Source: Gammaproteobacteria bacterium
GTDB taxonomy: Bacteria > Pseudomonadota > Gammaproteobacteria > Ga0077536
Direction of reading: 5' to 3'
DNA length: 64,000 nucleotides
NCBI GenBank assembly: GCA_963662545.2
Contig: CAXXLL010000002.1
Span: forward strand, 1,920,001-1,984,000
Shown: positions 9,942-19,338 of the stretch, piece after piece
How the letters are laid out: every line of letters begins with the position of its first letter
Numbering within the stretch: position 1 is the first letter of the stretch
Notes under the pieces: generated by a model
What the model was told of the DNA's origin: nothing
Database searches by the model: none
Seen by the model: the letters and a program-made list of their open reading frames with translations, nothing else
Program-made: the position numbers and the translations under genes

Positions 9942-10984
9942 TGATACACCGTCCGCTTCCGCAGCACGAGGTGAAGAAAAAACGGCGCGCCGATGAGTGC
10001 GGTGACGACGCCGAGCCGCAGCTCACCCGCCACGACCGGGACGCGCGTGCCGATGTCCGCCGCGAGGGTCAAGGCGGCGCCGCCCAGGGTGCTCGCCCCC
10101 AGCAGCGCGCCTGGACGCTGGCCGACGAGCGGCCGCATCAAATGCGGCACCACCAGCCCGATGAACCCGACCACGCCCGTGACTGCAACGCTGCTACCCA
10201 CTGCAAGCGCCGTACCGACAATAATCTGCGCGCGCGTGCGCACCAGATCGATGCCGAGGCTCGTGGCCGTTTCTTCGCCCAACGACAAGGCATCGAGCGC
10301 CCGGCCGGTTGTGAGCAGCAGCAACCAGCCGCAAACAATGAATGGTGCAATGAGCGCGACGTGTTCGAAACTTCGATTCGACAGCGAACCCAGCAGCCAG
10401 AAAAAGATCTCGTAGGTCGCGAACGGGTTCGGCGATAGGCTTAGAACCAGCGTGGTCAGGGCGCCCGCGAGACTGTTAATGGCCACGCCGGCGAGGATAA
10501 TGGTGAGGATGCTGGCATTGCGCCCGGCGAGAACATAGATGGCGGCCACGGAGAGGAGCGCGCCGGCGATGCCGCTGGCCGGCAAAATCCAGTGTGCCGC
10601 ACCCGCCGCGCCGAGATAGAAAGCAAGCACGGCGCCGAGCGCGGCGCAGCCCGAAACGCCGATGATACCCGGTTCCGAAAGGGGATTACGCAATAAGCCC
10701 TGCAGCGCTGCACCAGCGAGACCGAGGCTGCCACCGACGGCGAGTCCAAGCAAAGCACGCGGAAGTCGGATTTCACGTGCGATCAAACTCAAGACATCCC
10801 CGTGATCCCCGCTCAAGAGATCGATCAGCTTTAAGGGTGAAATGAATACGGGGCCGATGCACAGCGAAGCAACAAAGAGTAGGGCGACGAGTAACGACAA
10901 GCCCGCATAGAGCGGTATCGCACCGGGGCCTGTCAGCGCCCGTTCCCATTGGCGCTCGCTCGCGTTCGAACCTACGGCCATCAC
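9938..10984 (-). CDS. FecCD/BtuC family ABC permease
   Basis: IRLPRALL, LQGLLRNPL.EP, GFIGLVVPH, GVVTALIGAPFF. Confidence 0.92.
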   Translation of the reverse strand: MMAVGSNASERQWERALTGPGAIPLYAGLSLLVALLFVASLCIGPVFISPLKLIDLLSGDHGDVLSLIAREIRLPRALLGLAVGGSLGLAGAALQGLLRNPLSEPGIIGVSGCAALGAVLAFYLGAAGAAHWILPASGIAGALLSVAAIYVLAGRNASILTIILAGVAINSLAGALTTLVLSLSPNPFATYEIFFWLLGSLSNRSFEHVALIAPFIVCGWLLLLTTGRALDALSLGEETATSLGIDLVRTRAQIIVGTALAVGSSVAVTGVVGFIGLVVPHLMRPLVGQRPGALLGASTLGGAALTLAADIGTRVPVVAGELRLGVVTALIGAPFFLHLVLRKRTVYQ

Positions 10985-11877
10985 TGTACGGCGTGCTGCA
11001 GTATTTCGATCGCGCGCCCGTTGAACAAGCCGGCACAGGTCCAGAGGTTTTCCGGTACTTTAACCAGCAGGGGGCGTTTGCGCTCCGGACCACCCGCGAG
11101 AAATCCGCGCAGCGCAGGGTGAGACAGTTGCGCATCGGCGAGCGACGGCTGCCGGTTCTGCCGCACGCTGAACACCACGGCGTCGGGTGCGAGGAACAGT
11201 AGCGATTCGAGTGCGAGGAAGCCACCGAAAGTAAAGTCGAGTTCGGCAGCGACGTTGCGGTATCCAGCCCGCGTCATGAGGTCGCTCATCAAGGTCCGCG
11301 TGCCCGGCATGAAGCCGTTCGGTTGATAAACCAGAGCTCTGGGGCGCGCCACAAAGGCGCCTTGGTCCGGCGTTTCTTTGGTGAGAGCGTCGATGCGTTC
11401 GACGATTTTGCGCGCCCGGTCAGCGACGCCGATAGCCGCACCGAGACGTTCGAGGTTGCCGCGGTACTCGACGAGGTCGTTGGCATGGTCGAAGAGCATG
11501 ACGGGAATGCCGAATTTTTGCAGCAAGCGCCGCGCAAACGGCAAGGTCGTTCGATCCGTAATCACAAGATCGGGCTCGAGCGCGACGATTTCCTCGGCGT
11601 GCCCACGGTTAATGGGGATCATTTTGGCCTCTGCAGAGAAAACACTCAGATTCGGATCACGGGAAAGAAACGAGACAGACGCGATTCGTTCGAGGTCCAC
11701 CAGCTCGAAGAGCATTGAATCAGTACACAGGTTCATCGACACGATACGCGCCGGATGATCGGCCCCATCGACGGCCGTCGATGCGAGCGACAAGGCGAGC
11801 ACGAAGATCAGCGAGCAGCGCGTCGGCGGCGGATCGCCTCGGCGAACTCGTGCAGCAAAGGTTCGGTCATCTCCCAT
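10981..11877 (-). CDS. Periplasmic cobalamin-binding ABC protein (BtuF-like); true start uncertain, probably near 11800
   Basis: PARIVSMNLCTD, AEEIVALEPDLV, C-terminal WTCAG (Cys pair typical of BtuF-like proteins). Confidence 0.82.
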   Translation of the reverse strand: MGDDRTFAARVRRGDPPPTRCSLIFVLALSLASTAVDGADHPARIVSMNLCTDSMLFELVDLERIASVSFLSRDPNLSVFSAEAKMIPINRGHAEEIVALEPDLVITDRTTLPFARRLLQKFGIPVMLFDHANDLVEYRGNLERLGAAIGVADRARKIVERIDALTKETPDQGAFVARPRALVYQPNGFMPGTRTLMSDLMTRAGYRNVAAELDFTFGGFLALESLLFLAPDAVVFSVRQNRQPSLADAQLSHPALRGFLAGGPERKRPLLVKVPENLWTCAGLFNGRAIEILQHAVQ

Positions 11878-12869
11878 GACATACAGGCGTCCGTAATGCT
11901 CCGACCGTAGACCAGCGGCGTCTCATCATTGTGATTCTGTTTACCTTCCTTTAGGTGACTTTCGAGCATGACGCCCGCAATGAGATGCGAGCCTGCGGCG
12001 ATTTGACCGCAGAGATCGCGGACCACCTCCGGCTGGCGCTTATAATCCTTGCGACTGTTGCCGTGACTGCAGTCCACCATGAGGCGGTCGCGCAATCCGG
12101 CCTCGCGTAATCCGGCCGCGGCGCTCTCCAGCGCTGTCGCACTGTAGTTGGGAGCTGCATTGGATCCCCGCATGATCAGATGGCAGGCATCGTTGCCACG
12201 GGTCGTAACGATGGCGGCAATGCTCTGCTTGGTCACGGATAGAAAATGGTGCGGATGACGCGCAGCGCCGATCGCATCCACCGCAATCTGTATGTTCCCG
12301 TCGGTGCCATTCTTGAAACCGATCGGCATGGATGAACCGGACGCCAATTCGCGGTGAATCTGGCTCTCCGTCGTTCGTGCGCCGATCGCACCCCAGGCTA
12401 CGAGGTCCGCGACGAACTGCGGCGTGATGACGTCGAGAAACTCGGAGCCGGACGGAATACCGCGATGGGCGAGTTCCAGCAGCAGGCCACGCGCGGCGCG
12501 TAGACCGTTGTTGATATCGAAGCTGCCGTCGAGATGCGGGTCGTTGATCAGGCCTTTCCAGCCAATCGTGGTCCGCGGTTTCTCGAAGTAGACGCGCATG
12601 ACGATGAAAAGCTCACCGTCGAGTTCCCGCATCAGACCATGCAGACGATCGGCGTATTCGAGTGCGGCCTTGCTGTCGTGAATTGAGCAGGGCCCAGCCA
12701 CGACCAGTAGGCGATCGTCGTTACCATTGATGATCGCTTCGACTGCCTGCCGCGCATTGGCGACGATATTGGAGGCCTTCTCGGAGACGGGAATCTCTTC
12801 CATCAAAATCGCCGGCGAGATCAACGGCCGGTAACCGCTGATACGCTCGTCGTCAGTGATGTGAAACAT
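11808..12869 (-). CDS. aroG: 3-deoxy-7-phosphoheptulonate (DAHP) synthase, class I alpha
   Basis: GPCSIHD, YFEKPRTTIGWKG, IGARTTESQ, DCSHGNS, SITDAC. Confidence 0.95.
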   Translation of the reverse strand: MFHITDDERISGYRPLISPAILMEEIPVSEKASNIVANARQAVEAIINGNDDRLLVVAGPCSIHDSKAALEYADRLHGLMRELDGELFIVMRVYFEKPRTTIGWKGLINDPHLDGSFDINNGLRAARGLLLELAHRGIPSGSEFLDVITPQFVADLVAWGAIGARTTESQIHRELASGSSMPIGFKNGTDGNIQIAVDAIGAARHPHHFLSVTKQSIAAIVTTRGNDACHLIMRGSNAAPNYSATALESAAAGLREAGLRDRLMVDCSHGNSRKDYKRQPEVVRDLCGQIAAGSHLIAGVMLESHLKEGKQNHNDETPLVYGRSITDACMSWEMTEPLLHEFAEAIRRRRAAR

Positions 12870-12977
12870 GTCGCGCGGCTCCGTCGCTATCGATCAAGGG
12901 GCGCGATGATAAAGCGGCGATGCGATTATCGCCAGCCGACATTCAATAGATTTTATGATCTAACTGCCGTGGATCGC

Positions 12978-15101
12978 TCAAGCTTGTTGTAACCAGGTTC
13001 CAAACTGGTACGCAAAGAGCGCGCCCAGATAAGCCAGGCCCGTCATGTAGATCCACGCCGCAGTCGGCCAGGCCCAGGTGCCGGTTTCGCGCCGCATCAC
13101 GGCCATGGTCGAAGCGCATTGAAGGCAAAATGCGAAAAAAATCATGAGGCCCAGAACCATGGGCAGGGTATATACGAGGGAGCCGTCTGCGTGCCGCGCC
13201 GACTGGATACGGCTGGTCAAGCTCGCCCCCTCCGAATCGCCACCGACCGCATAAATCGTCCCGAGTACCGCGATCACGACTTCTCTCGCGGGAAACGAGG
13301 CGACGACGGCAGCCGTTACCTTCCAATCCCAACCCAAGGGGGCGAACAAGGGGGCGACGCCGCGACTGATCTGCCCCAGATAGCTTTGTTCGAGTTGCTG
13401 AGCGGCCACGGCCGCACCGCCAGCCGGCGAATGTAGGTCGGTGTGTAACGGAAAGGATGCGAGCACCCAAACGACGATGGCAACGGCAAAGATGATGGTG
13501 CCGGCACGCTTGAGGAAAATCAGTGCGCGGGCAAAGAGCTTGCTCAACACCGCCCTGGCACTCGGTATTCGGTAGGGCGGCATCTCCAGCAGAAACCTCG
13601 ATTTTTTCCTCGACCAGAATATGCGGCTAACGAGCCAGGCCGTCATCGCGCCGCCGACGATACCCAAAACATAGAGACCAAGCAGGACCAGTCCCCGCTG
13701 ATTGACCAGGCCGCTGACATAACGCGTATCCGGGATGAACGCTGTGATCAACAGCGAATAGACGGGCAGCCGCGCCGAGCAGGTCATGAACGGCGCGGCC
13801 AGAATGGTCGCGAGACGGTCGTGTTTGTTCGCGATGACGCGCGTGCCCATGATGCCGGGGACGGCGCAGGCGAAACTCGACAACATGGGGATAAAAGATT
13901 GGCCCGATAATCCCATGCCGCGCATCAAGCGATCCATCAGGAAAGCGGCCCGCGCCATGTAGCCGGAGTCTTCGAGAATAATAATGAAAGCGAAAAGAAT
14001 GACGATTTGAGGCAGGAACACGACGACGCTGCCGACGCCCGCGACAACGCCTTCGGAGATGAAGCGGGCGAACAAGCCGCCTCCCGGGATGGCCGCCGTG
14101 ATCTCGGCGAGCGAACCGGTTAAAACATTAATGGCATCGACCAACGGTCCGGCGCAAGCAAATACCGCCTGGAATACCGTTGCCATGACCAGCACGAATA
14201 ACAGCGTACCGCTGACGGGATGGTTGACACACCGGTCCAGAAACTCGGCGATCGGGCGAGTAGCGCCAGCGCTGCGGTGTTCCACGCCCGCAAGCTGCGA
14301 GTGGATCCAACTGTAGCGGTCGCGTGCCTCCAGCGTCGCGAGATTTCTCCCTCCGCCGACCTTGTGCCGCAGCACCTTGAGCCGTTCGACGGTCGCGCGA
14401 CCGCCAATCTCGACGAGGCGGGCTTCGGCGTATCCGCCGCCGTCGACGAGCGCACGACTCGCTTCGAGCGCACTGAGACGATGAGACGCCCTTGAGACAT
14501 TCTCGGCCAACTCCTGAGCCGCGTTGCCGAGCACCGGATTGATCATGATGTCGGGCGGTGTGCCTTTTTCCAGAACGCCGATGACTGCCTGCTTCAACTC
14601 GGCGAGGCCCCTACCCTCGGTTGCGGAGAGGGGAACGACGGGGCAGTCGAGACGGCGCGACAATTCGCCGTGGTCGATTTCGATCCCTTCAAGAGCCAAG
14701 CGATCGATCATATTCAATGCAATAACGGTGGGCACACCCGCTTCGAGTATCTGGGAGGCCAAAAACAGGTTACGGCGAAGATTGGTCGCATCGATGACCA
14801 CGATCACGGCATCCGGCATGCCAAGATTGGAAACCGCGCCGCGCAGCACGTCGACCGTGACGATCTCATCGGGAGACATGGCAGCCAGCGAGTAAGTGCC
14901 CGGGACGTCGACAACGCGGACCGTGATACCGCCTAGATCGCAGTGACCTGAGACCTGCTCGACCGTGACACCGGGATAGTTGCTGACCTTTTGCCTGAGC
15001 CCGGTCAGTTGATTGAACAGGGTGCTCTTACCGGTGTTCGGGTTACCGACGGTAACCACGACCGGTGTTGCCTTTGTCGCGGTGCTGACGGCGGCATCCA
15101 T
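12978..15101 (-). CDS. feoB: Ferrous iron transport protein B
   Basis: GNPNTGKS, NYPGVTVE, DVPGTYSL, NMID, CSARLP, CLQC. Confidence 0.96.
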   Translation of the reverse strand: MDAAVSTATKATPVVVTVGNPNTGKSTLFNQLTGLRQKVSNYPGVTVEQVSGHCDLGGITVRVVDVPGTYSLAAMSPDEIVTVDVLRGAVSNLGMPDAVIVVIDATNLRRNLFLASQILEAGVPTVIALNMIDRLALEGIEIDHGELSRRLDCPVVPLSATEGRGLAELKQAVIGVLEKGTPPDIMINPVLGNAAQELAENVSRASHRLSALEASRALVDGGGYAEARLVEIGGRATVERLKVLRHKVGGGRNLATLEARDRYSWIHSQLAGVEHRSAGATRPIAEFLDRCVNHPVSGTLLFVLVMATVFQAVFACAGPLVDAINVLTGSLAEITAAIPGGGLFARFISEGVVAGVGSVVVFLPQIVILFAFIIILEDSGYMARAAFLMDRLMRGMGLSGQSFIPMLSSFACAVPGIMGTRVIANKHDRLATILAAPFMTCSARLPVYSLLITAFIPDTRYVSGLVNQRGLVLLGLYVLGIVGGAMTAWLVSRIFWSRKKSRFLLEMPPYRIPSARAVLSKLFARALIFLKRAGTIIFAVAIVVWVLASFPLHTDLHSPAGGAAVAAQQLEQSYLGQISRGVAPLFAPLGWDWKVTAAVVASFPAREVVIAVLGTIYAVGGDSEGASLTSRIQSARHADGSLVYTLPMVLGLMIFFAFCLQCASTMAVMRRETGTWAWPTAAWIYMTGLAYLGALFAYQFGTWLQQA

Positions 15102-15185
15102 TACCTAATGTGGTGCCCCGCAATAAACTTTCATCATTCGCTGGTCTTCATACCGCGCTGGAGCGTTGGGAGTCCTGCACGACCC

Positions 15186-15201
15186 AATGAAACGATTATC
15201 G
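15186..15201 (-). promoter_or_regulatory. Fur-box-like sequence upstream of feoB
   Basis: Minus strand GATAATCGTTTCATT, partial match to GATAATGATAATCATTATC. Confidence 0.35.
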
Positions 15202-15225
15202 GGAATATAATTACGGAGCAGCACC

Positions 15226-15460
15226 CTAGGAGCCTGTGCGGCATAGGATGGACCTATTGCGGCGGTGGGAAATCGGTCCATCTTTTCGATCATTTTGTTC
15301 AGCGCGTCCCGGCGCTTCACCCCTTCGGGACTAGCGCAAAAATTCGTTACCGATGAATTTTTCGTTAAATAGTCACCCCTGTTCGCCTCAAATGATCGAA
15401 AAGCTGGCCTCGATTCCCCACTCGCCTCGCTACGATTCCCTATGCCGTGCAGGCTCCTAG
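15226..15460. mobile_element. MITE family B, copy 1 (between feoA and feoB)
   Basis: Imperfect TIRs CTAGGAGCCTGTGCGGCATAGG / CCTATGCCGTGCAGGCTCCTAG, CTAG at both ends; internal homology to 32088-32303 and 40761-40994. Confidence 0.8.
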
Positions 15461-15690
15461 CGGACTTCGCCGACAAGGACGTTGGCAGCTTCGTCGTTTC
15501 TAAGAGAAAGCGAATAGCCCATGAGGCGAATTTCTACGGGATCCCCGGCTGGCGCCAACCGTATGATTTCAACCGGCGTGCCCTCGATGATACCCATCTG
15601 CATCAAACGTTGGGCACCCTCGTTGAATTCGGCATACCCCTCGACGATACCCGACTGCCCGGGTTTCAAAGCCGCGAGCGTCGTGGTCAT
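15457..15690 (-). CDS. feoA: Ferrous iron transport protein A
   Basis: RLMQMGIIEGT.V...RLAPAGDPVEI...SLR..EA. Confidence 0.93.
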   Translation of the reverse strand: MTTTLAALKPGQSGIVEGYAEFNEGAQRLMQMGIIEGTPVEIIRLAPAGDPVEIRLMGYSLSLRNDEAANVLVGEVR

Positions 15691-15947
15691 CGACCCGAGA
15701 GGAAGGATAAAACGGAGCGAGATGGTTCTTCGAGGAGGTCGACCTGAATGCGAGAGGCATCGAATCGATTGATGGCCCACTGTTCCTTATCGATACCGAC
15801 GAGCACGGGATCGCCGGTGCCCAGGATCCCGACGCTCGTGCCGGGTACGATCCCGCGCGCCGCATACTTGGCGGTGATTTGGGGATCGTCGGCCTCGATG
15901 CGGGTGATGACCGCGCGCGCGCCGCGTTTCAGGTTCGACAAGTTCAA
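15687..15947 (-). CDS. feoA: Ferrous iron transport protein A (second, divergent copy)
   Basis: LSNLKRG..AVI, RGIVPGT, GDPVLV SH3-like FeoA pattern; overlaps next feoA by 4 nt. Confidence 0.8.
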   Translation of the reverse strand: MNLSNLKRGARAVITRIEADDPQITAKYAARGIVPGTSVGILGTGDPVLVGIDKEQWAINRFDASRIQVDLLEEPSRSVLSFLSGR

Positions 15948-16002
15948 GGTCAGCTCGGCTCCTGCCGGGGCGGACGGTGTCCGCCCTCATCCGATAGGGT
16001 AA

Positions 16003-16027
16003 TCTAAATCATAATTATTCGCAATTA
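16003..16027 (-). promoter_or_regulatory. Putative Fur box upstream of feoAAB
   Basis: Minus strand TGCGAAT-A-ATTATGA resembles 7-1-7 TGATAAT-N-ATTATCA; AT-rich island in GC-rich DNA. Confidence 0.55.
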
Positions 16028-16081
16028 CGCCGGCAAACGATCCAGCGGCCGGACCGGCGTGCTTGTGGTGCGGCTCTGCAG

Positions 16082-17821
16082 TCAATTCGGTTCACGCCTC
16101 GAGGCTAGGTGATAGTAGGGGGCGATTTCGGGCGCGCAGTTATCCAGATGCAGTTGCTTGATCCGCCGCCAGTACGAGGCGGTCAGGAGATCGCCGTGCC
16201 ATTCGAGAAAGACCTCCCGCAGTCGATCGTCTATGGCCAGAAAGCGAATGAACTCTTCGGGAAATATGTCGCGTTTGTCGACGTAAAACCAACTGCCCGC
16301 GCGCATCTCGTCTTCCGGGTAGGCCGCGTCCGGTAGGTCACGGAAACGGCAGTCCGTGATCAGGCACAATTCATCGTAATCGTAGAAGACCACGCGTCCG
16401 TGGCGCGAGACGCCAAAGTTCTTCAACAGCAAATCCCCCGGGAATATGTTCGTCATCGCGAGGTCCTTAATCGCCTGGCCGTAGTCCAGCAAGGCCAGGC
16501 GAGCCTCCGCGAATTCGTAGTCCTGAAGGAACAGGTTGAGCGGCGTCAAGCGCCGCTCTGAGTAGAGGTGGTCGATAACGACCTGGTCTCCGTCGAGCCG
16601 CACTGTTTGTGAGGTCGATTCGAGCAGTTCTTCGAGCAGCCGCGGCTCGAATTTGTCAATTGGAAACTCAATGTTGCGGAACTGCTGGGTATCGATGAGC
16701 CGCCCCGCGCGATCGTGGTTGAACACGAACTTGTACTTCTTTTTGACTTCGTTGTGGCTGATGTTCTTGGTATGGCCGAAATTGTCCCGTATCACTTTAA
16801 AGACGAGATCGTAGGAGGGCAGGGTAAAGACCAGCATGACCAGACCGCGATCACCCGCCGCGTGCACGAAACGATCCTCGCAACCGGCGAGATGGCGATG
16901 AAAGAATCGATAGCGTTCGGTTTTGCCTTGGCGTGCACGTCCGAGAATCGTATAGATCTCGTCCAGCGGCTTCCTCGGCAGCATCGACTGGATGAAGTAA
17001 ACCACCCCTTCGACCGGTTCGACATCGACCATGAAATAAGATCGCGTAAACCCGAACAGCACGCTGAGATCGTCCGTGGTATTGAGTACGGCTTCGATGC
17101 GAACACCTTTATCGGTGTTCTCGAACGCAAGTACCATTGGTGAGGTATTGTTCGACCAGAAGAGCTTACCGACGACGAACGCACGGCTCGATTGAAAAAA
17201 CACGTCGTGTATCACTTCTATTCTGCGCACGCTCTCGTCGGCCGATTCCACTCCACCGACGATTCGGCCGATCTCGCCGCATACGAATTCGATATCGGAG
17301 TCCAGGTCCAGATAGGGAGTGTTGAAACGAAAGTCGTCGAGCAGGCGTTCTACGACGCCGCGGATATCGCTCCAGTTAATGTAGTTATGCTGCCGCGCCG
17401 GATAGCGAACCGGCGCCTCCGGTGAAACGACATCCGCAGTATCGGAGACCTGAGTCGGATCGATGTCCAGGCTCCGCAATACGTCCCGGTAAACGGAATT
17501 GAAAAATGTCTTGGAGAATTCTCCGTTCGGAATGTCCTCTACGCGGCTCCAGTAGATTTTTTTTATATCTTGCCAGATTTTCAGGTCGTCAATTTGGGCG
17601 CCGAGTAGCTTGCGCTGGGTGGCCAGAGTGCGCGATACGGATTTATCGTAGAGTTCGATCCGCGCACTCAAATCGGTGCGCGCACCCGCCCAATCGCGAT
17701 TTTCAAATCGAGAGCGTGCGCGCTGCGATATGCGGCGATAGTTATTGTTGTAGTTGACGAAGCCGTCGTGAATGCCGGCCGCCGCTTCACATATCAAGAC
17801 TTGGTCTTTGTCCTTGGTCAA
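16082..17821 (-). CDS. aceK: Isocitrate dehydrogenase kinase/phosphatase
   Basis: KTFFNSV, FGFTRSYF, GLVMLVFTLP..D.VFKVIRD, NIFPGDLLLKNFGV.RHGRVVFYDYDE. Confidence 0.95.
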   Translation of the reverse strand: MTKDKDQVLICEAAAGIHDGFVNYNNNYRRISQRARSRFENRDWAGARTDLSARIELYDKSVSRTLATQRKLLGAQIDDLKIWQDIKKIYWSRVEDIPNGEFSKTFFNSVYRDVLRSLDIDPTQVSDTADVVSPEAPVRYPARQHNYINWSDIRGVVERLLDDFRFNTPYLDLDSDIEFVCGEIGRIVGGVESADESVRRIEVIHDVFFQSSRAFVVGKLFWSNNTSPMVLAFENTDKGVRIEAVLNTTDDLSVLFGFTRSYFMVDVEPVEGVVYFIQSMLPRKPLDEIYTILGRARQGKTERYRFFHRHLAGCEDRFVHAAGDRGLVMLVFTLPSYDLVFKVIRDNFGHTKNISHNEVKKKYKFVFNHDRAGRLIDTQQFRNIEFPIDKFEPRLLEELLESTSQTVRLDGDQVVIDHLYSERRLTPLNLFLQDYEFAEARLALLDYGQAIKDLAMTNIFPGDLLLKNFGVSRHGRVVFYDYDELCLITDCRFRDLPDAAYPEDEMRAGSWFYVDKRDIFPEEFIRFLAIDDRLREVFLEWHGDLLTASYWRRIKQLHLDNCAPEIAPYYHLASRREPN

Positions 17822-17947
17822 TGGAGCCTGAAACTCAGCTGGGATTTGTCCGAATGGATGCCTAATCCAGGAAGTTTCTCGCGGAACGAAATGAGGGCGC
17901 AGCTTCTTCTCCAGGCGCCAGGCTCACTGATCAACACCTATTACAAA

Positions 17948-19243
17948 TTACAGATTTGCTATGAGCGCGCTCGCAAACTCACTGCACTTCACTTCCTTGG
18001 CACCCTCCATGAGTCGGGCGAGATCGTAGGTCACGATCTTCTGTGCGATCGTCTTGTTTAGCGCGGAGATTATGAGGTCGCCGGCATCGCCCCAGCCGAG
18101 GTAACGCAGCATCATTTCTCCGGACAGCAGAAAGGATCCCGGGTTCACCTTATCTTGGTTGGCATATTTCGGTGCCGTGCCATGCGTTGCCTCGAAGATC
18201 GCGTAACCGGTGTCATAGTTGATATTCCCGCCGGGAGCAATGCCGATACCGCCGACCTGAGCGGCGAGCGCATCGGACAGAAAATCGCCGTTCAAATTCA
18301 TCGTGGCTATGACGTCGAACTCGCGTGGACGAGTAAGCACTTGCTGCAGGGTGATGTCTGCTATCGCGTCTTTCACAAGGATCTTGCCGGCATCTAGCGC
18401 ATGGCGCTGTTCTTCGTTGGCTGCCTCGTTGCCTTTATCCGCGGCCGTGCGCTCCCATTGTTCCCAAGTGTATGTGTCATCGGGAAATTCGTTCTCGGCC
18501 AGGTCATAGCCCCAATTCCTGAATGCACCTTCGGTAAACTTCATGATATTGCCTTTGTGCACGAAGGTGATGCTTTTACGGTCATTGGCGATGGCATACT
18601 TGATTGCGGCCCGCACGAGCCGCTCGGTACCCTCTCGCGATACGGGTTTGATCCCGATACCGGAGGAAGCCGGGAATCGGATTTTCTTGAAAAGGTCGGG
18701 AAATGCCTGCTCGAACAGCTCGAGAAATTTCTTGTTCTCATCGGTCCCGTTTTCGAATTCGATGCCGGCGTAGATATCCTCAGTGTTTTCGCGAAAGATG
18801 ACCATGTCGACGTCCTGCGGCTTTTTTACCGGTGAAGGCACACCTTTAAACCATCGCACCGGGCGCAGGCAGACGTAAAGGTCGAGTATCTGTCGTAGTG
18901 CGACGTTGAGTGATCGGATACCGCCGCCAATCGGTGTTGTCAACGGCCCTTTGATGGCAACCAGGTATTCGCGGCACGCCTCGAGCGTCTCGTCGGGGAG
19001 CCAGGATCCGGTCAAACTATTCGCTTTCTCGCCGGCGTAGACTTCCATCCAGTGGATTTTGCGCGTGCCGCCGTAAGCCGTTTCGACAGCAGCGTCCAGC
19101 ACGCGGCGGCTAGCGCGCCACACGTCGGGTCCGATGCCGTCGCCTTCAATGAACGGTACGATGGGGTTGTCGGGAACCTGGAGTTTTCCATTGCTGATGG
19201 CAATTTTTGCTCCCTCGGCGGGAACTTGGTTTTTCGCGGTCAC
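17948..19243 (-). CDS. icd: NADP-dependent isocitrate dehydrogenase
   Basis: [40 protein letters not shown]; GTG start at 19243 after GGAGGAG. Confidence 0.96.
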   Translation of the reverse strand: MTAKNQVPAEGAKIAISNGKLQVPDNPIVPFIEGDGIGPDVWRASRRVLDAAVETAYGGTRKIHWMEVYAGEKANSLTGSWLPDETLEACREYLVAIKGPLTTPIGGGIRSLNVALRQILDLYVCLRPVRWFKGVPSPVKKPQDVDMVIFRENTEDIYAGIEFENGTDENKKFLELFEQAFPDLFKKIRFPASSGIGIKPVSREGTERLVRAAIKYAIANDRKSITFVHKGNIMKFTEGAFRNWGYDLAENEFPDDTYTWEQWERTAADKGNEAANEEQRHALDAGKILVKDAIADITLQQVLTRPREFDVIATMNLNGDFLSDALAAQVGGIGIAPGGNINYDTGYAIFEATHGTAPKYANQDKVNPGSFLLSGEMMLRYLGWGDAGDLIISALNKTIAQKIVTYDLARLMEGAKEVKCSEFASALIANL

Positions 19244-19338
19244 TTGCTCCTCCAAAATAGTCAAACACGCGGGGTCAGTGAACTCAGGCGATAAAGATAT
19301 CATTATGCCCGGTTTCGCTTCCCGTTGACGCGCATCAT

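Noticed and set aside
11800-12980. Cobalamin riboswitch upstream of the btu-like genes
   Set aside because: aroG abuts the binding-protein gene and no B12-box motif is visible upstream
15105-15476. 123-aa ORF between feoA and feoB as a possible Feo accessory gene
   Set aside because: Mostly made of MITE B1 sequence; no FeoC-like Cys or wHTH pattern
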